A stretch of DNA of 64,000 bases from Clostridiales bacterium (GTDB lineage Bacteria > Bacillota > Clostridia > Oscillospirales > CAG-382). Numbering within the stretch: position 1 is the first letter of the stretch; every line of letters starts with the position of its first letter. The stretch covers positions 7,357 to 71,356 of the forward strand of contig QAKH01000071.1 of the NCBI GenBank assembly GCA_003343885.1. Direction: 5' to 3'. The notes under the pieces are model-generated. The model was not told where the DNA came from and searched no databases. It worked only from the letters and a program-made list of their open reading frames with translations. The position numbers were made by a program, and so were the translations under genes. Of the stretch, positions 1-9,502 are shown in pieces.

Positions 1-40
1 AAATATCCATACTCGCTCTCCATTTTATAATTTTATTTAG

Positions 41-100
41 ATTTTACATTTAACATGATATTTTAATTATGTAAAATTCAAAATACAATTTATGTAAAAT
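41..100. promoter_or_regulatory. Three copies of ATGTAAAAT: an inverted copy at 41-49 and direct 11-bp copies TTATGTAAAAT at 67-77 and 90-100. Candidate operator in the gap downstream of uxuA.
   Basis: Read directly from the sequence. The two direct copies are 23 bp apart, and a partial fourth copy AGTAAAAT lies at 104-111. Confidence 0.3.
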
Positions 101-148
101 CCAAGTAAAATCAAATCGAGAGATGTCGGATTTTGTGATAATAACAGG

Positions 149-1096
149 CTAATTTAATAATCCGTCAAGTATACCTTTTAAGTATCCTATTGCAAAAAGC
201 CTGCCGATTGCGTCGTAACCGGGATTGTTAACATCTTCGCCTGCCATGGTAGGCACATGGTCGACTCTAATAGGAACATCTATTCCGTTTTCCATATAGA
301 CACGCATGATGTGCGCCATATTTATATCTCCGTTGTCGTGGAAGGTTTCACGGAAGTGTTCAGGACGACCTGTTGTATTTCTGAAGTGGACAAAGTATAT
401 TTTATCCGCAAAGTCTGTGATCACCTTTTCAAGGTCCTCCCCCATGATATGGTATGTCGCCTGGCACATGGTGACGCCGAGACTCGGACTTTTAACAATG
501 TCGTAAACTGCCTTGCGAATATTTTCTTTACAAATAAATATTCTTTGTGTTTTTGAGAGAGAGGGAACGGGCGGATCGTCCGGATGCAGAGCTAATTTGA
601 TCCCGTACTTTTCCGCCTCGGGAATTACAGCTTTGATAAAGTATGTATAGTTATCCCACAGCCGGTCGGAAGTAATTACATTAGTTTCTTCCTTAAATTC
701 AGACATGTTAAATTCTGTTACAAAAGCGCCGCCTCGCTCTGGGTAATGAGAGTTCGTACGCAGCCACCCTATGTTTGCCATAAAGTTGAAGCAAATAGTG
801 CTGATATTTAACTTTTGCATTATAGGGAACATGCCAATTACTTTTTCAATGCAGCTGTCCCTGTCAGGAGCAGCGGTTTTTATGGAGTTATGAAGTTCGT
901 TCGGCATCGGTTCAATGACGCATGGCGTAATCCCGAAGTCTGTAAATCTCTTATGAACCGTTAACCAGTGACTTTCATCGGTTATATCAAATTGTTCGTC
1001 TTCCGGCAACCTGATTACTCCGTGCGTGACTCCGCATTGAACAGCGTAGTCCCAGGTTATGTCTTTCTTGCTTCTGAAATAATCCGTAAGCAGCAT
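149..1096 (-). CDS. uxuA: mannonate dehydratase
   Basis: The 315-aa ORF is colinear with E. coli UxuA blocks (CFNFM..W.RT, HPDDPP, NPGY.AIGRL). A GGAGG RBS lies just upstream of ATG 1096. Confidence 0.85.
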   Translation of the reverse strand: MLLTDYFRSKKDITWDYAVQCGVTHGVIRLPEDEQFDITDESHWLTVHKRFTDFGITPCVIEPMPNELHNSIKTAAPDRDSCIEKVIGMFPIMQKLNISTICFNFMANIGWLRTNSHYPERGGAFVTEFNMSEFKEETNVITSDRLWDNYTYFIKAVIPEAEKYGIKLALHPDDPPVPSLSKTQRIFICKENIRKAVYDIVKSPSLGVTMCQATYHIMGEDLEKVITDFADKIYFVHFRNTTGRPEHFRETFHDNGDINMAHIMRVYMENGIDVPIRVDHVPTMAGEDVNNPGYDAIGRLFAIGYLKGILDGLLN

Positions 1097-1138
1097 ATGA
1101 ACCTCCGTAAAACAAATTTATGTATAACATTTATGTTT

Positions 1139-1166
1139 CATGACTTATGCTACATGACTTATGTTA
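1139..1166. repeat. 14-bp tandem duplication CATGACTTATG(C/T)TA x2 in the uxuA 5' region
   Basis: The units are 1139-1152 and 1153-1166 with 1 mismatch. They form part of four TTATG(T/C) hexamers spaced 13-14 bp apart (starting at 1118, 1131, 1145, 1159). Confidence 0.6.
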
Positions 1167-1233
1167 CACGAGATATTTTGTTTTTGTGAATTTTTATGCA
1201 AATTCTTCGATAATAAATGCGATAAAGAAGAAT

Positions 1234-1267
1234 TATAAAAAAATAAAGCGGAAACAAGCTCCGCTTT
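1234..1267 (-). terminator. intrinsic terminator downstream of fba
   Basis: Stem AAAGCGGA/TCCGCTTT (1245-1252 / 1260-1267), followed on the minus strand by a T-run. Confidence 0.7.
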
Positions 1268-1280
1268 ATATATCAAAAAA

Positions 1281-2213
1281 TCAGTCAGCCATACCAGAAG
1301 AACCGAGAACGTTCTTAATCTTGTGTTTTACAAGGTTCTTAACATTTTCTCTAGCCGGGCCAAGGTAGCTTCTCGGGTCGAAAATCTCAGGTGATTTAAA
1401 GAACACTTCACGAATAGCTGCAGTGCATGCAAGTCTTATGTCAGAGTCGATGTTGATCTTACATACAGCCATCGTAGCAGCCTTTCTGAGCAGCTCTTCC
1501 GGTACGCCCTTAGCGTCAGCAAGGTTACCGCCGTTTTCGTTTATTACTTTTACATATTCCTGATTTACAGAAGAAGCTCCGTGGAGAACGATGGGGAATT
1601 CGGGAAGTCTGCGGGAAATTTCTTCAAGTATGTCAAAGCGAAGCTTGGGTTCGCCTTTGAACTTGAAAGCGCCGTGGCTTGTACCGATAGCGATAGCAAG
1701 GCTGTCGACGCCGGTCTTGGAAACAAATTCCTCAACCTCGTTGGGATTTGTATACATAGCATCCTCAGCGGATACATTTACGTCATCCTCAATACCGGCG
1801 AGCTTACCGAGTTCTCCCTCAACAACAATTCCTCTTGAATGTGCGTAGTCAACTACCTTCTTTGTAAGTTCGATATTTTCCTCAAAGCTGTACTTTGAAC
1901 CGTCAATCATGACAGAAGAGAAGCCCTGGTCAATGCAGGCTTTGCATATTTCAAAACTGTCTCCGTGGTCGAGATGGAGAGCGAAATCGATACCGGAGTC
2001 CTCGCAAGCTGCCTTAGCGAGTGCGAGCAGATACGCAGGTTTTGCGTACTTTCTTGCGCCAGCTGAAACCTGAAGAATAACAGGTGATTTTTCTTCGGCG
2101 GCAGCTTCGGTTACAGCCTGAATGATTTCCATGTTGTTAATGTTGAAAGCACCTACCGCATAGTGGTTTGCATATGCTTTTTTGAACATTTCCTTTGTTG
2201 AGATGATTGCCAT
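1281..2213 (-). CDS. fba: class II fructose-1,6-bisphosphate aldolase
   Basis: 310 aa. Typical class II FBA blocks are present: AVGAFN, LHLDHG, SVMIDGS, EGELG, AIGTSHGAFK, LHGASS. Confidence 0.95.
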   Translation of the reverse strand: MAIISTKEMFKKAYANHYAVGAFNINNMEIIQAVTEAAAEEKSPVILQVSAGARKYAKPAYLLALAKAACEDSGIDFALHLDHGDSFEICKACIDQGFSSVMIDGSKYSFEENIELTKKVVDYAHSRGIVVEGELGKLAGIEDDVNVSAEDAMYTNPNEVEEFVSKTGVDSLAIAIGTSHGAFKFKGEPKLRFDILEEISRRLPEFPIVLHGASSVNQEYVKVINENGGNLADAKGVPEELLRKAATMAVCKINIDSDIRLACTAAIREVFFKSPEIFDPRSYLGPARENVKNLVKHKIKNVLGSSGMAD

Positions 2214-2260
2214 GTTTTTTGCACCTTTCTTTATCTTATAATATTTTTTTACTTATCTGC

Positions 2261-2893
2261 TTATTTTGTACCGAATATACGGTCGCCCGCATCGCCAAGC
2301 CCAGGAACTATATAACCGTTTTCATTAAGCTTTTCGTCTACGCAGCCACAGTAAAAGTGTACGTCAGGGTGATCCTTTGATATGCGGGAAATTCCTTCAG
2401 GAGCTGCGATTATTGACATAAACTTGATGTTTTTGCAGCCCTTGTTCTTAATAAAATCAATTGCAGCCGAACCTGATCCGCCTGTAGCAAGCATCGGGTC
2501 AAGTATAATTACCAAGCGATTTGCAATATCCTCCGGAAGTTTGCAATAATATTCGTGAGGCTCGAGAGTAACCTCATCTCTGTACAAGCCTATATGGCCG
2601 ACCTTAGCGGACGGAACAAGCGACAAAATACCGCTTACCATTCCGAGTCCGGCGCGAAGGATAGGTACAATTGCCAGTTTTTTTCCGGCAATCATTTTAG
2701 CTCTTGTGGTAGTTATGGGAGTTTTTATTTCGACATATTCCGTGGGAAGATCTCTGAGAGCTTCGTATCCCATGAGCATAGCAATTTCTTCGATGAGTTC
2801 TCTGAATTGCTTGCTTCCGGTCTTCTCATCTCTTAAAATGGATATTTTGTGAGTTATAAGCGGATGGTCAAAAATCGTAACTTGATTTTCCAT
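2261..2893 (-). CDS. upp: uracil phosphoribosyltransferase
   Basis: Contains [23 protein letters not shown] and the C-terminal [13 protein letters not shown]. The ORF track starts at TTG 2905, but ATG 2893 gives the usual ~210 aa and better RBS spacing. Confidence 0.93.
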   Translation of the reverse strand: MENQVTIFDHPLITHKISILRDEKTGSKQFRELIEEIAMLMGYEALRDLPTEYVEIKTPITTTRAKMIAGKKLAIVPILRAGLGMVSGILSLVPSAKVGHIGLYRDEVTLEPHEYYCKLPEDIANRLVIILDPMLATGGSGSAAIDFIKNKGCKNIKFMSIIAAPEGISRISKDHPDVHFYCGCVDEKLNENGYIVPGLGDAGDRIFGTK

Positions 2894-2954
2894 AGTGTCT
2901 TTCAACTTCCTTACTTATTATTGTGTTATTTATCGTGTCTTTCTATTCTAAAAC

Positions 2955-2983
2955 ATTTTACTAAATTTTTCGACTTTTTGCAA
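2955..2983 (-). promoter_or_regulatory. sigma-A-type promoter candidate for upp
   Basis: On the minus strand: TTGCAA (2978-2983), a 17-nt spacer, then TAAAAT (2955-2960). Confidence 0.45.
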
Positions 2984-3030
2984 TAGATAAACGGGATTGT
3001 TAATAATATAACCAAAGAAAATTAATATTG

Positions 3031-3075
3031 AAAAAAGATAACAAAAGTCAGCCGCCGGAAAAGAGCGGCGGCTGA
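3031..3075 (-). terminator. intrinsic terminator downstream of the 1019-aa gene
   Basis: Stem TCAGCCGCCG/CGGCGGCTGA (3048-3057 / 3066-3075) with a T-rich tail on the minus strand. Confidence 0.75.
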
Positions 3076-3192
3076 GAGCTTATTATTCAAAATGCTTGTT
3101 GAGATTGCCAATGTTGGAGCGTATTTGAAATTTGATGTATCTGCTGTTCCTTAAACTTAAAATATCGACTTATGCGGTAAGCGTTTTATTCG

Positions 3193-6100
3193 TTAATTTG
3201 TTGTGACAAATATATCGCCGTTATCAAACGAGTATTTGTAGCCGCAGATATTGCATACGGTATCAAGAGGAACGGCAGGTACTCCGTCGACGAGAGGAAC
3301 TTCGCCCGGAAGTTTGATGTTTGTTTCAGCGTCTAAAACGCATATATCACTGCCGGCGGTGAATTTCATCTGCGTTTGACCAATTATCAGAACAAAAACT
3401 TTATTTGTTCTATTCCAGCTGTATGTCGCAGTTAATTTGTTCATGATTTCATTTTTTGGAAACAGAGGAATAAACGGTACTCCGTTTATTATCGGAACCG
3501 GAAGTCCCGGAGATACGTTTTGCCCGTCAATGAACAAACAAGTTTTGGGTTTGGAGGACTTGATAAGTGCGACGGATTCTATTTCCCAAGAACCGGCACC
3601 GGACAGCGGATCAATTCTCATAATAGTAATATTTCCGCGCCAAAAGCCCTGATCTGCGCATGAAAAATACATGTCGTACAGACCGTCAGAGCGCTCTTGC
3701 TCATAAGACTCGGAAAGCATCTTGTTTCCGGAAAGATTAGGAGAGTCTTCTGTCGCGTAGAAAATCTGAAATCCTCGGCGCATAACCTTGCCTTCTCCAT
3801 TCTTGGCGAGCGCCGACACACGGATATAATCGACGTCGTCTGCCGAAAAGTCTGCGTTTCCGTCAAGTATTATCTGCGGATCTATTCCGTCAGACGTTCC
3901 GTAAAGCCTGCCGTTTGAATGCTTCTTGTCATGAGCGTTGGTATAGTAGTTCCACTTGTCGTAGGTGGATGCGTCTGAAAAATCCCAAACCTTAACTGTT
4001 TTTGCATCCTTGTCTGCTTTTGGCACCTCAAGACGTCTTTCGGGCCTTAGCCATGAATGACCTTGCGGGAATAAGATGTCTATACGTTTTTTCTGATTCT
4101 CCGTCGGTTTTTCATCAATGTGCTCGCCGCCGTCTGTGAATAATTTCCTTATGGTATCGATAAATCCAAAACCGTGAAGATTCGACGGGTTTATGTAGTG
4201 CCCTTCGTCGAACTCGTTCCAGCAGGAAAGCAGCAGCATTTTGCTCTGCCATGAGCTTTGATCTGGGAAATTTCGCTTGTCGGTAAGATAAACCGATTTT
4301 GTCCAGTTAAGTATTTTTTCGTATTCGTCTATACTTATTGACGGATAACGCTTGTCATGCCTTGCCACGCAGTTGAATCCAACGCCGACTGTCGGAACGT
4401 GTACAACGGATTTCGCGTATTTCGCAAATCTTTCCGCCGCCCCGGAGAGCATTTCTTCCTGATATTCTGAAGTGTATGAGCTTGTGCCCCAGTTGTAGGC
4501 ATATGTTCCGTCAACGCCGAGTGCCTCTCTTAACTCAATTTCTTCTTTTGAGGAGCCGCCTCCGGCGCACAGCAGAATAATATCTGAAAAGCCTTCCTTT
4601 TTCACTGCTTCCCTTAAGAAATCAAGCTCTTTTCTTGCCTGTTCGACGCTTCCGAAGTATCCGGGGCTTACAAGCGTTCTGATATTGTATATTGAAAATA
4701 CCGGCTTGCCGTCAATACAGTAGTAGCACGGATCTTTGAAATAATACTCCATAAAGAACGGAACAAGGTATTTTTCAAAGGCTTCGGGCGATATTTGCCT
4801 TGTGAAATTGTTTTCCCACATAATGGCGAATTTTGAATATTTTTTGTATACGGAATTGAAGTATCCGTCATGAAGCGCGAATGAGAATCCCGGGAATTTT
4901 ATCGGTTCCGTTATGTTTTCCGGACCGTACCAGCATTGAAGCTGAAAATCTATGCCGTGCTCGCAGAACCATTTTGTTTCCCAGTCGGCAACTTCAGGAA
5001 TCCCTTCGTCATAGTACCCCATATACGGAGTTATTTCGTCGTACGGCGTGCATACGTCCCATGTAGCGTCATGAGTGCCGCGCCAGAAACCGTAACGCCA
5101 CAGGGAACATACATGAAGTCCCACGTGGTATCCGGTGCCGCAAACCGGCTCAGGCTTCGGAACATAGTCAGAGGGAAGGGGATCAAGAGCGAATAACAAT
5201 ATGTCGTCAAGTCCTAATATACTGTTTCCCTTAACAGATATTTGCACTTTCTCAGGACTTATTTTTTCACTCGTATCAAGTTCAAAAATCCCCCTGTCCT
5301 TGCCGTTGAGACGGACAAGCATCTTTCCGCCGGCAAATTCCATTCTTAATGTGTTCCAAAGGTTTTTGGGATATTTGCATGCAATCCTGCCGTCGGTTAG
5401 GTATAAAATGCCGTTTGAGGCGCGTATGCCCATGCTGTTGAGTTTGAATGAGGCGTCAAGTTCATCCGATTTGTCAATGAATTTTAATTCAAAGCAGTAT
5501 TCGCCGGGCAGATCGCTTACGCTTCTCTCAAGAACAGCATAGCCTCCCGAACTGTTAATAGTATAATAATACGTATCTTCCTTTGAAAAAGTGTGATCTG
5601 CGGAGTATGTAATCTTACCTGAACCTTTGTCGGACTCAAAAATCCAGTCGCAGGGCGTGTCGCCTTCAAACGGAGCAAGAAAGCGCTCGTTGCAAAGGTA
5701 ATCGGCATAAAGCTTTACGCCTCTTGCGCTCAGAGAACCAACGTAACCTTTTTCAATTCCTATGGTTATGTACTCGAGATTTGAAGTATATACGTTTAGA
5801 CTGTGAGTTCCGGCATCCTTATTGTTGATAATAACCGAGTAAGTGCCTTTTTTTAAATCAATAACTGCCTTAAAGCTGTTTTTGGCAGGCTGAGCGACAA
5901 TATCTATCCCTGTTTTTGTGCCGTCGCAAAGAGCAAATGAGCCTCCGCAAGTTACAATACCGACAGCGGTTCTTCCGTCACTGTCATACAGCTTTACGGA
6001 AAAACCGTCCGGGCAGTCAATAACAAAGTTTGTTTCAAGCGTTACAACACTGTCACTTTGAACTCTGAATTTGCGCTTCAGAAGCGTGTCAAATTCCGGG

Positions 6101-6234
6101 TGTACCTTTTCGAAATTAAACTGGGCGTAGCTGCCGCGCTTCGAAATATCAAGTCCGCGGTTGTCAAACTCCCAGCCGGAAAACGGGTGTTCGTTGTCAT
6201 CAATGAGATAAACAGCGTGAGATATTCTGTCCAT
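3193..6234 (-). CDS. large WbsX/GH-like TIM-barrel domain protein with an N-terminal beta-sandwich region and a C-terminal copper-amine-oxidase-N-like (stalk) domain
   Basis: The central region has the pattern Y.GYYDEG..V..WE..W..EHGIDF...CWY and CWNEFDEGHYINP, typical of the WbsX-like family. The last ~110 aa follow the ING.PFIPL ... VDGVPAVPL pattern of the stalk domain. Start M7 (6234) has the RBS AAAGGAAGGG; ATG 6252 is the alternative. Confidence 0.6.
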   Translation of the reverse strand: MDRISHAVYLIDDNEHPFSGWEFDNRGLDISKRGSYAQFNFEKVHPEFDTLLKRKFRVQSDSVVTLETNFVIDCPDGFSVKLYDSDGRTAVGIVTCGGSFALCDGTKTGIDIVAQPAKNSFKAVIDLKKGTYSVIINNKDAGTHSLNVYTSNLEYITIGIEKGYVGSLSARGVKLYADYLCNERFLAPFEGDTPCDWIFESDKGSGKITYSADHTFSKEDTYYYTINSSGGYAVLERSVSDLPGEYCFELKFIDKSDELDASFKLNSMGIRASNGILYLTDGRIACKYPKNLWNTLRMEFAGGKMLVRLNGKDRGIFELDTSEKISPEKVQISVKGNSILGLDDILLFALDPLPSDYVPKPEPVCGTGYHVGLHVCSLWRYGFWRGTHDATWDVCTPYDEITPYMGYYDEGIPEVADWETKWFCEHGIDFQLQCWYGPENITEPIKFPGFSFALHDGYFNSVYKKYSKFAIMWENNFTRQISPEAFEKYLVPFFMEYYFKDPCYYCIDGKPVFSIYNIRTLVSPGYFGSVEQARKELDFLREAVKKEGFSDIILLCAGGGSSKEEIELREALGVDGTYAYNWGTSSYTSEYQEEMLSGAAERFAKYAKSVVHVPTVGVGFNCVARHDKRYPSISIDEYEKILNWTKSVYLTDKRNFPDQSSWQSKMLLLSCWNEFDEGHYINPSNLHGFGFIDTIRKLFTDGGEHIDEKPTENQKKRIDILFPQGHSWLRPERRLEVPKADKDAKTVKVWDFSDASTYDKWNYYTNAHDKKHSNGRLYGTSDGIDPQIILDGNADFSADDVDYIRVSALAKNGEGKVMRRGFQIFYATEDSPNLSGNKMLSESYEQERSDGLYDMYFSCADQGFWRGNITIMRIDPLSGAGSWEIESVALIKSSKPKTCLFIDGQNVSPGLPVPIINGVPFIPLFPKNEIMNKLTATYSWNRTNKVFVLIIGQTQMKFTAGSDICVLDAETNIKLPGEVPLVDGVPAVPLDTVCNICGYKYSFDNGDIFVTTN

Positions 6235-6421
6235 GTCAACCCTTCCTTTCATCCAGTAATACCTTGCATTAAGGTATTAAGTTGGGTATTTATTGTTTTT
6301 TTGCACTCTCGTGCTACGTCGATTGTAAACCGAAAATGAACACTTGTCAACACTTTTAGGAAAAATATTGAACAATTAAGCAAAAGTCTAAACTCTTTTA
6401 TTATATTTTTTTCAAAATCGG

Positions 6422-6450
6422 TTGAAACAAACAATCTTTTGTGGTATCAT
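6422..6450 (+). promoter_or_regulatory. sigma-A-type promoter candidate for ybaB
   Basis: TTGAAA (6422-6427), a 17-nt spacer ending in TGTGG, then TATCAT (6445-6450). Confidence 0.5.
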
Positions 6451-6486
6451 ATATGCTGAAAAATTATGAAAGGTATGGTATAACAA

Positions 6487-6834
6487 ATGAAGGCAAGATT
6501 ACCCAAGGGAATCGGCGGAGGTCCGCAGAATATGCAGGCAATGATAAAGCAGGCTCAGAAAATGCAGGAGGATATGGAAAAACTGCAGTCGGAGCTTGAT
6601 GTTAAGGAGCATGAAATAACAGCCGGCGGGGGAGCAGTAAAAGTTAAAATAAAGGGAAACAGGGAAATTGTTTCGTTAGAGCTCTCCGAGGAGATTGTTG
6701 ATCCGGAGGATATCGAAACACTTCAGGACCTTGTTATAGCAGCAGTAAATGAAGCGCTGAAAACAGTTGAGAAATATAACTCTGAGGCTATGAACAAAGT
6801 CACAGCAGGACTTAATGTGCCGGGACTTATTTAA
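6487..6834 (+). CDS. ybaB: YbaB/EbfC family nucleoid-associated protein
   Basis: 115 aa. The N-terminal NMQAMIKQAQKMQEDMEKLQ and the GGGAVKV core are typical of YbaB. Confidence 0.93.
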   Translation: MKARLPKGIGGGPQNMQAMIKQAQKMQEDMEKLQSELDVKEHEITAGGGAVKVKIKGNREIVSLELSEEIVDPEDIETLQDLVIAAVNEALKTVEKYNSEAMNKVTAGLNVPGLI

Positions 6835-6938
6835 ATTTTTTTGAATTTTTTCAATTATTTATGTGTTTCTGTACCGATTTTACAATATCCATCGGTATAG
6901 AGCTTTAATTGACAGTTTACAAGGAAGGACGAGCTTAT

Positions 6939-7697
6939 ATGACGGTAAAACTTCTCGAACACACTCCAAATCCCGAACAGGTGATAGCTGCGGCGGCAAA
7001 GCTGTGTTATTCGAGCGTCGGAGTTGATGACATACTTGAAAAAATGACTCCGGAAAAAACTGAGAATTTTATAAAAATGCTTATGGATCTCGGTCATGAA
7101 AGCCCGGTCGAGCATGTCAGCTTTACTTTCGCAATTGAGGGCGTATCAAGGTCGCTTTTAGCCCAGCTTACCCGTCATCGTATAGCATCATACAGCGTTC
7201 AAAGCCAGCGTTACGTGGGTAAAGAAAATTTCGAATATATTATTCCTCCGGCGATTGAGGCAATTCCCGAAGCTAAGGAACTTTTTGTCAGGGCAATGGA
7301 AAATGACCGAGAAGTTTATAAAAAGCTTAACGCTGTTTTGAGCGAAGCTCATGCAAAGCGACTTGTCCAAGCGGGAGAAGATGAGGCGTCAGCCGTTAAA
7401 AAAGCACAGAAATTGGCAAATGAGGATTCAAGATACGTGCTTTCAAATGCGTGTGATACTAAAATCGTCATGACAATGAACGTGCGTTCTCTGTATAACT
7501 TTTTCTCTTTGCGCTGCTGCGAGCGTGCACAGTGGGAAATACGTGCTCTTGCAGTGGAAATGTTAAGACTCGTGAAGAACGTTGCTCCCGTACTTTTTAA
7601 GAACGCCGGACCTGGATGTGTCCGCGGAGCATGTTCTGAAGGAAATATGAGCTGCGGAAAAGCCGCGGAGAAACGCAATTATTTTCGTGAAATGTGA
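6939..7697 (+). CDS. thyX: FAD-dependent thymidylate synthase
   Basis: Carries the ThyX signature [17 protein letters not shown] 6939 follows the RBS AAGGAAGGA. The track ORF begins at an upstream TTG (6909). Confidence 0.95.
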   Translation: MTVKLLEHTPNPEQVIAAAAKLCYSSVGVDDILEKMTPEKTENFIKMLMDLGHESPVEHVSFTFAIEGVSRSLLAQLTRHRIASYSVQSQRYVGKENFEYIIPPAIEAIPEAKELFVRAMENDREVYKKLNAVLSEAHAKRLVQAGEDEASAVKKAQKLANEDSRYVLSNACDTKIVMTMNVRSLYNFFSLRCCERAQWEIRALAVEMLRLVKNVAPVLFKNAGPGCVRGACSEGNMSCGKAAEKRNYFREM

Positions 7698-7766
7698 GAA
7701 AAATGTTGCGATAAAAAGCAAATCAAATTATTAGTGTGTCGGTATATGATAAGGTGAGTTATAATA

Positions 7767-8441
7767 ATGGGGCATCTTTTGACTGTTGAAGCGCCGGACG
7801 CTTCCGGAAAATCTACACAAGTAAATCTTTTGGCAGAGAGATTAAAAAAAACAGGGAAGAACGTGAGGCTTATACGCTTTCCTAATTATGGTTCCGATGC
7901 ATGTAAACCGGCGGAATTATATCTATCCGGAGTGCTCGGAAAAAATCCGCAGGATACTAATCCTTATGCGGCGTCTGTATTTTTTGCCGTTGACAGGTAT
8001 TTTTCATACAGAACAGATTGGAAACAAACTCTTGCCGAAAAAGACAGCGTAATAATTCTTGACAGGTATACGACCTCAAACGCTGTCCACCAGCTTGCAA
8101 AAATAAAAGATGCCAAGGAAAGAGAAAGCTTTTTGGATTGGCTTTACGATTTTGAATTTACAAAGCTTGAGCTTCCGGTACCTGACGTGACTTTCTTTCT
8201 AGACGTGCCGCCGAAGGTGTCGGCTATGCTGTTAAAAAAACGCTCAGAATATGACTCGTCTCATTTTACTGATATTCACGAAGCAAATTTATCGTATTTG
8301 GAAGATTGTTACAGCGCAGCCGTTTTTGCCTCGGATAAAAAGGGTTGGATCCGCATAAACTGCACATACGGAGAAAAAATGCGTTCTATCGACGAAATCA
8401 GCGATGAAATATTTGACTTTGTAGTTAAGAATATTTTTTAA
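7767..8441 (+). CDS. tmk: thymidylate (dTMP) kinase-like protein
   Basis: The P-loop is EAPDASGKST and a LDRYTTSNAVHQ block is present. It lies adjacent to thyX. Confidence 0.75.
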   Translation: MGHLLTVEAPDASGKSTQVNLLAERLKKTGKNVRLIRFPNYGSDACKPAELYLSGVLGKNPQDTNPYAASVFFAVDRYFSYRTDWKQTLAEKDSVIILDRYTTSNAVHQLAKIKDAKERESFLDWLYDFEFTKLELPVPDVTFFLDVPPKVSAMLLKKRSEYDSSHFTDIHEANLSYLEDCYSAAVFASDKKGWIRINCTYGEKMRSIDEISDEIFDFVVKNIF

Positions 8442-8525
8442 ATGTGCTTACGCACCGCCACTTTGCGACTTTTTGTTTTTATCTGAAAATGACGGCTTTC
8501 CGCCTGAAAGGACACCACCTTTTTT

Positions 8526-9437
8526 ATGTTATCTTTTGCACCAATAGAAAGTTTAAACAAAGAATATTACCGTGATATTTTGAAGAGAAAAGAGTTTTTT
8601 ACCCAAAGCTGCGAATACGCATACGCTAACTTGTTTTCCTGGAGCGGAATGTACGGGACAACCTTTGCCGAGGATGATTACGGCCTTTATATTTCTATGA
8701 GACATGAGGGCGCTGACTATTATTTGTGTCCGATAGCAGGAACCGATAATATTCAGGACGCTTTTATCTCCCTTTTTAATCATGTAAGGCTTAGCTGTGC
8801 TTCTGAGGTAAACTTTGTTTGTCTGCCGGAGAATTATGCAAAACTTCTCCAAACATCATTTGAGAAAGTGACACTTGACTCTGACAGAGGAAATTTCGAT
8901 TATATATACTATACGGAAAGTCTTTCGAGTTTTTCAGGAAAAGCGCTCCACGCCAAAAAAAATCACCTCAATAAATTTTTATCATTGTACGCAAACAATT
9001 ATGAATATCGCAGTATGACATCTATGGACGTGCCGTTTTGCCTGGAGTTTAACAAAAAGTGGTACGGAATAAATGAAGAGTACGTTGACTATGAGTTTTC
9101 TAACGAGCACATTGCAACAACCAAACTGCTTAAAAATTTTGATAAACTCGGTCTTGTAGGCGGAGTGTTGTTTGCGCAAGGCTCTCTGTGTGCATATACA
9201 CTTGCTTCGGATAACTACGACGGCAGTGATACTTTGATAGTTCACACTGAAAAAGGTCTTTATGACGTGCCGGGAGCATATCCTGCAATATGTTCGCTGT
9301 TTTTAAAGGATAAAACGGAAAAGTATAAGTACGTCAACAGAGAGGACGATTTGAACGACGAGGGATTAAGGCGTTCGAAAATGTCGTATAATCCATGTTT
9401 GTTCGAGCAGAAATTTTCTGCTTGTGTTAAATTTTAA
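8526..9437 (+). CDS. DUF2156 (lysyl-PG synthase C-terminal-like) domain protein
   Basis: 303 aa. The pattern YANLFSW...KALHAKKNHLNKF...EGLRRSKMSYNP is typical of the family as I recall it. Confidence 0.65.
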   Translation: MLSFAPIESLNKEYYRDILKRKEFFTQSCEYAYANLFSWSGMYGTTFAEDDYGLYISMRHEGADYYLCPIAGTDNIQDAFISLFNHVRLSCASEVNFVCLPENYAKLLQTSFEKVTLDSDRGNFDYIYYTESLSSFSGKALHAKKNHLNKFLSLYANNYEYRSMTSMDVPFCLEFNKKWYGINEEYVDYEFSNEHIATTKLLKNFDKLGLVGGVLFAQGSLCAYTLASDNYDGSDTLIVHTEKGLYDVPGAYPAICSLFLKDKTEKYKYVNREDDLNDEGLRRSKMSYNPCLFEQKFSACVKF

Positions 9438-9502
9438 GCTTATATTTTAGCAGTGTCAGCTGTGCCGCTTTGGTACGGCTGAGATATAAAGGAGTTGTTT
9501 TT

